DNA of 43,525 nt from Ignavibacteriaceae bacterium (GTDB taxonomy: Bacteria > Bacteroidota > Ignavibacteria > Ignavibacteriales > Ignavibacteriaceae). Shown in pieces: positions 22,327-29,993 of the stretch. The stretch is from the NCBI GenBank assembly GCA_036480595.1, contig JAZGGS010000494.1, positions 1 through 43,525 on the forward strand, given 5' to 3'. A program made the position numbers and the translations under genes. Below the pieces are notes generated by a model that made no database searches, was not told where the DNA came from, and worked only from the letters and a program-made list of their open reading frames with translations. Position 1 is the stretch's first letter, and every line of letters begins with the position of its first letter.

Positions 22327-22922
22327 TTACCCTCCTTTCATATCCACGATCAGGTCGTAACCTATTAAGCCATATGCTTAGTAAAATAGAAGTAAGCGTA
22401 TTTACTACACACCGAACCATTATCTGGCAGGAATGGCCGCTAAAAGAGTCGGATAAACTCATTCTATTAATCCGGGATTACAAGGAATGCATACCTAGAC
22501 ATTTATACACTGAAAAGATAGTTAGCGCTGAAATGGTTACTAAAATGTTTGGCCGGGAATTTGGAATTAGAGATCGTGCCAGCCAATACTTTGAGAATAT
22601 AGTTTTATACGATGTTTGTCCGATCCCAAAGTATCTGATTTATTATGAGGACATAATGAAGGACGGCAAAAAGGAATTTATGAAATTAGTTGAATCCTTA
22701 TGGGGACACACATATTCACAGTATAAAAACAAAACTAAGGATTTACAATGGGCGAAAGAGTTTAAGGAATCATTAATCAAATATGATGCTCCGGCCTTAT
22801 CCGATGGTAAAATTGATTACCACAAAAAAAGAATTGAAGATATTAAGCACATGGAAAGGATTATGTATTCGACTAATCCAGGTATTCATGATAAATATTT
22901 GAAGAGGTATGAACAAAATTGA
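22323..22922 (+). CDS. Sulfotransferase-fold protein (putative)
   Basis: SYPRSGRNLL resembles the 5'-phosphosulfate-binding loop (PKSGTTW / PRSGST). LLIRDYKECIPRH resembles the 3'-phosphate-binding RDP-type motif. YYEDIMKDGKKEFMKL resembles the C-terminal YEDL motif. Confidence 0.55.
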   Translation: MITLLSYPRSGRNLLSHMLSKIEVSVFTTHRTIIWQEWPLKESDKLILLIRDYKECIPRHLYTEKIVSAEMVTKMFGREFGIRDRASQYFENIVLYDVCPIPKYLIYYEDIMKDGKKEFMKLVESLWGHTYSQYKNKTKDLQWAKEFKESLIKYDAPALSDGKIDYHKKRIEDIKHMERIMYSTNPGIHDKYLKRYEQN

Positions 22923-23109
22923 AAGCCAGTTGAAAGAAAGAAAACAATTTGTCAAACTCAGTATTGACGATCCACAAAAAGCATCCGTCCAGCTTATGGA
23001 AATGGCAGGCAGGTTATCGATTGCAAAACGGGCAAAAGAAAAAGTAGAAATCATATCAGAAATTCTTCGTTTATCACACCGAACCATTTACAGAGACTTT
23101 TCAAATTAA
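22909..23109 (+). CDS. Small HTH protein (66 aa), possible late-gene regulator
   Basis: The C-terminal ISEILRLSHRTIYRDFSN is a resolvase/sigma-region-4-like HTH. An intergenic region and the head genes follow. Confidence 0.55.
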   Translation: MNKIESQLKERKQFVKLSIDDPQKASVQLMEMAGRLSIAKRAKEKVEIISEILRLSHRTIYRDFSN

Positions 23110-23191
23110 TTGACACTACGGTTTTACACAAGCTGTATTTTTTCAAATTATCCCAAATGTTTCAAACTTGTAACAACTTTCATGTGCAAGT

Positions 23192-24586
23192 ATGGACAAA
23201 TATAAAAGTTATCTCAAAAAACTTCGTGAATTAAAAGACCCTGAAAAGGCAAAAGATACCATCCAACTTCTGGAAAGCATCGACACGGAAACGCCGGAAC
23301 TACAAAAAAGGGAAGCTACCGAGCAGGCAATTGATCTAATCGAGGCCGATCTAACGGCAAATGACACACGTGAAATCTTACGCAATGCACTCAAGGATAA
23401 ACACCTTCAGGAATTTGGGCCGTTCATAATTGACTGGACAGACACATGGGTTGTGTTTGAACTTGAATCTGACCAAGCATGGAAAGCTGATTACTCAATT
23501 AAAGATGGTAAAGTCGTATTTGGTGATGCTATTAAGGTAATAATGAAAACAATCCCCGTACCTGTCATGGAAACTAAAAAAGACATTAACGGTCAATATG
23601 ATCTATTCCAAAAGGAGAAAAAGGAACCCATTATTGGTGATTTTATGCAGCTTATTGAGGCAGATACTAGCGAAGATGGAACTATTCCCATTAAGATTAT
23701 TCAGCCAGGCTGGGGCTCATCAGGCTACTATTCAGAGGAAGTACTCGAGCGTGATGCCAACATATATAAGGAAGGGACTAAGATGTACTGGAATCATCCA
23801 ACAGCATCAGAAGCAATCGAGAGACCGGAAAGAGATTTAAATGATTTGGCGGGAGTGCTTGTTGAGGAAGGTATTTATAACCCAGATGGAATACAGGGAG
23901 CCGGTGTTTACGCGAAAGCCAAAGTCTTCAATCAGTATAATAACATACTCTCAGAAATGGCCCCGCACATAGGATTATCCCATATAGCATTAGGAAAGGC
24001 AACAATAGGCGAAGCTGAAGGCGAAAAAGGGACAATTATAGAAAGTCTCAATTTAGCTCAAAGTGTTGATTTTGTAACAGAGGAAGGGGCCGGAGGGCAA
24101 GTAGTTCAACTATTTGAAGCGGCAAGAAATAATAAACCAATTAATAAAATGGCAGAAAAAAAAGACGGCGAAAGCCAGGAAATCAATCAGCTAAAGGAAA
24201 GTAACACAGCCCTTACTGATGAATTGAAACGACTAAAGGAAAAAGCATTGTTAACAGATGCTAAGGAATTTGTCGAAAAAGCACTGAAAGATTCTGAATT
24301 GCCCGACATAACCAAAGTCAGGTTGAAAGAATCATTATCCAGGAATCCAGTCGTAAATAACAAAGGCGAAATGGATGAATTGAAATATTTGGAAACCATC
24401 AAAGCAGAGGTGAAAAAAGAATCTGAATATTTAGCTAGTCTTTCAGAATCAGGAAAGATTACCGGAATGGGTGGAGGCGAACCTGAAAGTGATGATAAGC
24501 AGTTGACGGAATCGCTTGTAAACTCTTTTGAGAATCTTGGATATTCTGAAGATCAGGTAAAAATTTTAGTTAAAGGAAGAAATTAA
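23192..24586 (+). CDS. Prohead protease/scaffolding-type protein (putative)
   Basis: 464 aa, between the Mu-F-like gene and the capsid genes. The C-terminal third is a Lys/Glu-rich coiled coil. The assignment is mainly positional. Confidence 0.45.
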   Translation: MDKYKSYLKKLRELKDPEKAKDTIQLLESIDTETPELQKREATEQAIDLIEADLTANDTREILRNALKDKHLQEFGPFIIDWTDTWVVFELESDQAWKADYSIKDGKVVFGDAIKVIMKTIPVPVMETKKDINGQYDLFQKEKKEPIIGDFMQLIEADTSEDGTIPIKIIQPGWGSSGYYSEEVLERDANIYKEGTKMYWNHPTASEAIERPERDLNDLAGVLVEEGIYNPDGIQGAGVYAKAKVFNQYNNILSEMAPHIGLSHIALGKATIGEAEGEKGTIIESLNLAQSVDFVTEEGAGGQVVQLFEAARNNKPINKMAEKKDGESQEINQLKESNTALTDELKRLKEKALLTDAKEFVEKALKDSELPDITKVRLKESLSRNPVVNNKGEMDELKYLETIKAEVKKESEYLASLSESGKITGMGGGEPESDDKQLTESLVNSFENLGYSEDQVKILVKGRN

Positions 24587-24592
24587 TAAATC

Positions 24593-25363
24593 ATGGCAGA
24601 TAATAGAATAAAAGAAGTCGGACGAAAATTAAGTCTTACCTGCACTCATCCTGCATCACCTTCAAGTGGTGATCCTGTACGAATAGGCAATCTCATTGGT
24701 GTAGCGTTAACCGATGAAAGAACAGCGGGAGACACCACAGTTGATCTTGAGGGTGTCTATGATCTAAGCGTAAAAGGTGAAGACGATGACGGCAACTCAG
24801 CGGTAGCGGTAGGCGATAAGCTGTACTATGTTGATGCTGATGTAGATGACGGCACCGGGTATTTAAATAAAAAAGTAACTGGTTATTTTGCTGGTATTGC
24901 TTTGGAAGTCGTAACAAGTGGAAGCACTACCACAATCAATGTCAGGGTAGGGTCAGCTATTGGACTAGGTGACGCCTCATTACCGAGAGTCAGCGTAACA
25001 TCTCAATCAGTTGCTTTTGGTGATTTCACAGATGTGGATACCACGGGTTATGTTGATCTTGACACAGACATGCCAGCCGGAGCAATTCCAATTGGATGTA
25101 AATTTGTCGTTTCAACTGGATTCACAGGCGACACTACCGCAATAGTTCAGGCCGGTATCGCAGGAACCTTGGATATGTTTACAGAAAACACCGATCAATC
25201 TGTATTGGCGGCAGCCACAGTTGGCTCAACACCAACGCCGGATTGTGCAGATGGAATGAATGCAGCGAAAACAATACGCGTAACAGTAACCGGAGGGGCA
25301 GACTTCACAAGTATTTCAGCGGGTGTAATGGTTGTGTATGTTTATTACTTAGCAACAGTTTAA
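24593..25363 (+). CDS. DUF2190-like head decoration/cement protein with a C-terminal extension
   Basis: The N-terminal ...SSGDPVRIGNLIGVALTDERTAGDTTVDLEGVYDLSV...AVAVGDKLYY resembles DUF2190. Confidence 0.5.
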   Translation: MADNRIKEVGRKLSLTCTHPASPSSGDPVRIGNLIGVALTDERTAGDTTVDLEGVYDLSVKGEDDDGNSAVAVGDKLYYVDADVDDGTGYLNKKVTGYFAGIALEVVTSGSTTTINVRVGSAIGLGDASLPRVSVTSQSVAFGDFTDVDTTGYVDLDTDMPAGAIPIGCKFVVSTGFTGDTTAIVQAGIAGTLDMFTENTDQSVLAAATVGSTPTPDCADGMNAAKTIRVTVTGGADFTSISAGVMVVYVYYLATV

Positions 25364-25373
25364 ATAAAATATA

Positions 25374-26510
25374 ATGGCAGAATTTTTAGAATTAATTGAA
25401 AACATAAAGCAGGAGTCCGATGGATTCGGAGTGAGGAATGCAAAGAAAGGATCAAATTATCCTCAAAGGTTAGCTGAGGCTGCAAAGTTGATTTCTGATG
25501 TATATAGCGGAAGAAAACCCGCGTATAGGTTTACGGAAGCAATGACAACAGACGACTTTCCTTTCTTATTTGGGGACGTGTTAGATCGTCAATTGCTTGC
25601 TAATTACATGGAATATCCATCTACATTCAGAAACTTCTGTAAGATTGGCACTGTAAATGATTTTAGAACAGTTAGAAGGTTAACAACTTCCGGAAGTGAG
25701 GGATCATTAAGTGTCGTTAATGAGCAGGCAGAATATCCTGAAACTGGAATTGGTGAAGCGCGTTATTCTTACGCCGTAAAGAAATATGGTCGTAGAATAC
25801 CATTTTCATGGGAAACTATGATTAATGATGATCTGGACGCACTTAAAGATATGCCAGCACGACTGGGAAGAGCGGCGCGAAGAACTGAACAGAAATTCGC
25901 GACTGATTTATATTGTGGAACCGCCGGTCCTGATGGAACATTTTATGCATCAGGAAACAGTAATATTGTAACCTCTAATCCAGCACTTTCTACAAGTGCC
26001 TTACAGACTGCAATGACTGTACTTGCGGCTCAAACAGATTCTGACAGCGAACCAATTTTCATAGATGCTATTCATTTAGTTGTACCTCCTGCTTTGGAGA
26101 TCACAGCTTTGAACATCATGAATGCACTTGAAATCAGGCTACAGACTTCAGGCGGTGGTATTTCAGCTCAACAACTTGACGCTGTAAACTGGATGAAAAA
26201 CAGGGTTAAGCTTAGTGTTGATCCTTATATTCCAATTATTGCATCGAGTTCAAACGGTAGCACTTCATGGTTCTTGTTTGCTGATCCTGGTAATGGCCGC
26301 CCTGCAATTGAAGTTGGTTTCCTTCGCGGACATACTACACCTGAAATATTTATTAAGTCACCAAACGCTCAAGCAGTCGGAGGCGGTGCAGTTAATCCAA
26401 TGTCAGGCGATTTTGATACCGATTCAATTCAGTACAAAGTAAGACACGTTTTAGGCGGCACTTTATTAGATCCTAAAATGAGTGTGGCAAGTAATGGATC
26501 AGGTTCATAA
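25374..26510 (+). CDS. Major capsid protein (putative)
   Basis: 378 aa, positioned after the scaffold and decoration genes, with typical size and composition. Confidence 0.75.
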   Translation: MAEFLELIENIKQESDGFGVRNAKKGSNYPQRLAEAAKLISDVYSGRKPAYRFTEAMTTDDFPFLFGDVLDRQLLANYMEYPSTFRNFCKIGTVNDFRTVRRLTTSGSEGSLSVVNEQAEYPETGIGEARYSYAVKKYGRRIPFSWETMINDDLDALKDMPARLGRAARRTEQKFATDLYCGTAGPDGTFYASGNSNIVTSNPALSTSALQTAMTVLAAQTDSDSEPIFIDAIHLVVPPALEITALNIMNALEIRLQTSGGGISAQQLDAVNWMKNRVKLSVDPYIPIIASSSNGSTSWFLFADPGNGRPAIEVGFLRGHTTPEIFIKSPNAQAVGGGAVNPMSGDFDTDSIQYKVRHVLGGTLLDPKMSVASNGSGS

Positions 26511-26845
26511 TGGATGACAAACTGACAAAGCTATTCAATGAGTTTTGCAAGTTAAAAGACGAATTGAATACAAGCAATGTTTCTGAAAAGACGGTCAATA
26601 TAATTGGCCGTTTAGGTAAAGCTATAAGAAGTGCTGAAGACATTGTTTTAGATCCGCCGAAAAGGGACACTTATTTTGATCCTGAATTGCATTTGAAAAC
26701 AGGCACTTACGCTCCTTTACCGAAAGAGGAAGCTAAGGACTGGGCAAAGCCTGTTGAAAAAGTAGTGGCGCAAGCAGTCAAAAAAGTAAGGAAACCATCA
26801 CTACCAAAGCCGCCAAAAGCAAGGACTATTAAATCTAAGAAATAA
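26510..26845 (+). CDS. Hypothetical head-associated protein (111 aa)
   Basis: Track ORF with a TAATG overlap and a Lys/Pro-rich tail. Confidence 0.65.
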   Translation: MDDKLTKLFNEFCKLKDELNTSNVSEKTVNIIGRLGKAIRSAEDIVLDPPKRDTYFDPELHLKTGTYAPLPKEEAKDWAKPVEKVVAQAVKKVRKPSLPKPPKARTIKSKK

Positions 26846-27228
26846 TGGCATTTACCTATGATCCGTCAACGGAAGCAGGGAAAGTTCGGTTGCTTATAAC
26901 CGATACGGATCATGATAATGAAATATTTTCGGATAGTGAGGTAAGCACGTTTCTAAGTCTTACGGCTGTTGACGGGTCAAATGATATTAACCTGGCAGCG
27001 GCAATGGCTTTGGAAACCATCGCAGCAAGTGAGGCATTAGTTCAGAAGAAAATCAAGCTTTTAGACTTGACAACGGATGGACCGGCGGTTGCAACTTCAT
27101 TAAGAGCGGCTGCAAAGATTTTACGCGAACAGTCAGACAATGAAAGTTATATCGATTGGTCAGAAATAAGTTTGAATGATTTTGCGGCAAGGGATATTAT
27201 TTTGAACGATGCATTAAGAACACAATGA
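26845..27228 (+). CDS. Head-tail connector/adaptor (putative)
   Basis: Assigned by position. It contains the pattern GKVRLLITDTD...FSDSEV..FL...AAAMALETIAAS. Confidence 0.45.
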   Translation: MAFTYDPSTEAGKVRLLITDTDHDNEIFSDSEVSTFLSLTAVDGSNDINLAAAMALETIAASEALVQKKIKLLDLTTDGPAVATSLRAAAKILREQSDNESYIDWSEISLNDFAARDIILNDALRTQ

Positions 27229-27590
27229 TACAGCGATTAATACATCCGGGATTAATGACAAACCTGTTCAGGTTTTTTAATTCTGTATGTGCTATTCAAA
27301 ACCCGACAATACCCACTGATGGTGAAACGGAGCCTTCAGCTTGGACAAATCAGGATATTGATATTGATTGTGTAATTAGCCGAATTAAGGGAGGTAGCGC
27401 GGGAAATGAAATCAGGCGAAAGGATAAAACAATTGTATTGCATCCTTACGGAATAATCCTGGACGGTGTATTTACGGTAACTGAAAAAGACCGGATTTTA
27501 TCTGATAGTGTGGCTTATGATATTCTAACATTTGATTACGATTCGAAAAGTACTTATACAAGTTTAATCTGTGAGCGAATTATAATATAA
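27225..27590 (+). CDS. Head closure / head-tail adaptor (putative)
   Basis: Positional assignment, with an ATGA overlap. Confidence 0.4.
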   Translation: MIQRLIHPGLMTNLFRFFNSVCAIQNPTIPTDGETEPSAWTNQDIDIDCVISRIKGGSAGNEIRRKDKTIVLHPYGIILDGVFTVTEKDRILSDSVAYDILTFDYDSKSTYTSLICERIII

Positions 27591-27949
27591 TGGTAACAAT
27601 TCAAGTAACTGATGAAGGTGTTATTTCTGGATTACGAAGTATGAAGGGAAAAGCTTTTGAGAGATCAAAGGCTGGTTTAAAGTCAGGTGCTTTATTGATC
27701 ACAAATGAGGCAAAAGAATTGGTTCCGGTATTAAGTGGAAATTTAAAAAGAAGCATCCATGATGAGCCAGTAGAAGTTAAGCTAAATGAATTGTCGTCAA
27801 AAATCGGAACTAATGTAGAGTATGGCCCCAAAATAGAATTTGGAGGATCCAGAAAAGCTGCACAGGGTTATTTGAGACCGGCACTTGACGAAAAAGGAGA
27901 CGAGGCAATAAACGAGATAAAAGAATCATTAATGATTGTATTTAGATGA
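27590..27949 (+). CDS. HK97 gp10-family tail-component protein
   Basis: ...EAKELVPVLSGNLKRSI...VGTNVEYGPKIEFG...YLRPALDE. Confidence 0.7.
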   Translation: MVTIQVTDEGVISGLRSMKGKAFERSKAGLKSGALLITNEAKELVPVLSGNLKRSIHDEPVEVKLNELSSKIGTNVEYGPKIEFGGSRKAAQGYLRPALDEKGDEAINEIKESLMIVFR

Positions 27950-28335
27950 GTTTAGAAAGCGACATAAGAACGTATATGAAAACCAGAACGGCAATTACTG
28001 ATATTGTCGGGAGTCGTATCTATTTCATGAAACTACCTCAAGACGCTACATTTCCTTCATTGGTTAGCAACCGGATTTCAACAACAAGGACTTATTCTCA
28101 TAGCGGAGATTCAAGTATGACAACTCCGAGGATTCAGTATTCATGCTTTGCAGAAACATATTCAGATGCAAAAGACCTGGCCGAACAAATAGTAAGTGAA
28201 ATGTCAGGCTTTAAAGGCACTGCAGGGAGTTCGACTATTTACTCATCATTTGTTGAAAATGAACTTGACTTGTTGGACCCGGAATCAAAACTTTATTTTA
28301 TACCAGTTGATTTAATGGTGACCTATAATGGATAA
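27946..28335 (+). CDS. DUF3168-like tail terminator/completion protein
   Basis: ...ITDIVGSRIYFMKLPQDATFPSLV...PRIQYSCFA...AKDLAEQI. Confidence 0.6.
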   Translation: MSLESDIRTYMKTRTAITDIVGSRIYFMKLPQDATFPSLVSNRISTTRTYSHSGDSSMTTPRIQYSCFAETYSDAKDLAEQIVSEMSGFKGTAGSSTIYSSFVENELDLLDPESKLYFIPVDLMVTYNG

Positions 28336-28582
28336 AGAAAAAAAAATAGCGGTTAAAAAACCTGAAGTAAAGAAGGTAAAAACTGTAAAGGATTATTACA
28401 CACTTGGAAAGTGGAAAAAATTTACACAGTACAAATGTAGTCTTTGTCCCTTCGATAGTTTGGATGAAAAAAAGATCATAGCACATATAATCGAAAGGCA
28501 TATGCCAAAACCGCCTAAACCAGTGGTTGAGGTTCAGTTATTTGATCGGTTTAACAGACCAGTAATTAAAAAAGATAAATAA
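28328..28582 (+). CDS. Small basic protein with a classical C2H2 zinc finger (84 aa)
   Basis: YKCSLCPFDSLDEKKIIAHIIERH follows C-x2-C-x12-H-x4-H. Confidence 0.65.
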   Translation: MDKEKKIAVKKPEVKKVKTVKDYYTLGKWKKFTQYKCSLCPFDSLDEKKIIAHIIERHMPKPPKPVVEVQLFDRFNRPVIKKDK

Positions 28583-28929
28583 TGGCAGAAACAGCATTAA
28601 CGCCGACAACAGCCCCAGGGGCTTATGCGAGCGCACTAACAGTCGTAACGATGGACGCCGCTGATGTAGGCAACGGAAACAGCTTTGTAGGTACTAATGA
28701 AGATTTAATATTAGCCTGGAATGATAGTGCGACACCTTATACGGTGACTATTACAAGTCAGACAAGTGATAAAGGAAGGCTTGGAACGATTACAACCCAG
28801 GCAATAGCAGCGGACGCACATTTGATATTGGGTCCAATGCTTAACAATGGATGGGCAGATTCAGGCGGTTTAATTAATGTAAGCGCGAGTAATGCTTCAG
28901 TAAAATTTGGAATTATAACTTTAAGATAA
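28582..28929 (+). CDS. Hypothetical tail-module protein (115 aa)
   Basis: Track ORF with a TAATG overlap. Confidence 0.65.
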   Translation: MAETALTPTTAPGAYASALTVVTMDAADVGNGNSFVGTNEDLILAWNDSATPYTVTITSQTSDKGRLGTITTQAIAADAHLILGPMLNNGWADSGGLINVSASNASVKFGIITLR

Positions 28930-28930
28930 T

Positions 28931-29362
28931 ATGAGCAACGCAGTCAGTAGTTTTGGATCTCTATTAAAAATCGGTGATGGAGCCGGAACAGAAGTATTTA
29001 CAACCATTGCGGAAGTGATGGATATCACCGGGCCTTCTATTTCATTGGATACGGAAGAGGTAACCAGCCAAACATCAACCAATGGATATGATGAGCACAT
29101 AGGAACCATTCTAAGAGGCGGAGACGTAACCTTTGATATTAATTACGGTCCGACCGATGGGACACATGATGAAACCACTGGATTAATTTCTGTAATGAAC
29201 GCCAAATCATTGAACAATTTTCAATTAGTTATGACCGATGCCGGTACAACTACATGGTCATTTGCTGCTTTGGTTACCGGATTTGAGCCTGCAATGCCAG
29301 TGGCGGGTGCTTTGAGGGCTTCATGCACTTTGAAAATCAGCAGTAAGCCAACATTAGCATAA
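28931..29362 (+). CDS. Major tail (tube) protein
   Basis: 143 aa. ...FGSLLKIGDGAGTEVFTTIAEVMDITGPSISLDTEEVTS... fits the N-terminal pattern of siphovirus major tail proteins. It lies upstream of the chaperone and tape measure genes. Confidence 0.75.
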   Translation: MSNAVSSFGSLLKIGDGAGTEVFTTIAEVMDITGPSISLDTEEVTSQTSTNGYDEHIGTILRGGDVTFDINYGPTDGTHDETTGLISVMNAKSLNNFQLVMTDAGTTTWSFAALVTGFEPAMPVAGALRASCTLKISSKPTLA

Positions 29363-29673
29363 TGACAGAAACGGCTATTTTAAAACTTGATAAGGATTAT
29401 ACTATCTCATTAGGAGTAAATGAGTGGGTTGAGTTCGAGAAAATAAGCGACAAAAATGCGCTTATGGATAATATCTTTGCAAATATATCCATGACCACAA
29501 TTGTACAGCTTGTTTATTCCTGTTTGAAATATTGTGATGAATGCAATTATACTATTGAGGAATGTGGCAGCTTACTAAATTGGGACAACCTAAAAGATGT
29601 GACTAAAACATTAGCTGAATTACATGCGGCTGGAATACCTGAAGCAAAGAAAGGAGCTATAAAAAAAAAGTAG
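29362..29673 (+). CDS. Tail assembly chaperone (gpG-like)
   Basis: 103 aa, between the major tail protein and the tape measure. It ends in a slippery A-run. Confidence 0.75.
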   Translation: MTETAILKLDKDYTISLGVNEWVEFEKISDKNALMDNIFANISMTTIVQLVYSCLKYCDECNYTIEECGSLLNWDNLKDVTKTLAELHAAGIPEAKKGAIKKK

Positions 29674-29993
29674 ATTATATAACTATAAAAGATGATCTAT
29701 GGCCGGTTGCAATTTATGATTTAGGATTAACTAGCGATGAATTTGGGCGTTTAACTTTTCGGCAATTTGACCATTTAGTTAAGCGCTTTTCTATTTCAAT
29801 AGATAGGAAAGAATTTCAGGTAGCAAAATTATGCTCAAGTATTTACAATGCAAATGGAGTTAAGAAGAAAAATAAGCAATCATTTTCACCTGATGATTTT
29901 TTACCAAGAGAAGAAATCGAGCCAGGTAGAATATTACAAAAAGTTGAACTATTAAATAAAATGTTTGGCGGTTTAGATAAAAGGCAAAATTAA
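29362..29993 (+). CDS. Tail assembly chaperone frameshift product (gpGT-like; -1 shift at 29664-29670)
   Basis: After A_AAA_AAG the -1 frame stays open for 107 codons (VDYITIKDDLWPVAIYDLGLTSDEFGRLTFRQF...). It stops at 29991-29993, overlapping the tape measure ATG. Confidence 0.75.
29664..29670 (+). promoter_or_regulatory. Programmed -1 ribosomal frameshift heptamer A_AAA_AAG
   Basis: A run of nine A residues (29661-29669) followed by G. The heptamer is in the X_XXY_YYZ register of the gpG frame, one codon before its TAG. Confidence 0.75.

Noticed and set aside
23598-23840. + strand out-of-frame ORFs inside larger genes (also 26215-26442 and the 5' part of 35687-36007)
   Set aside because: They are embedded in the scaffold/protease, capsid and tail protein genes. 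Only the 3' part of 35687-36007, from ATG 35825, is kept as a possible gene.
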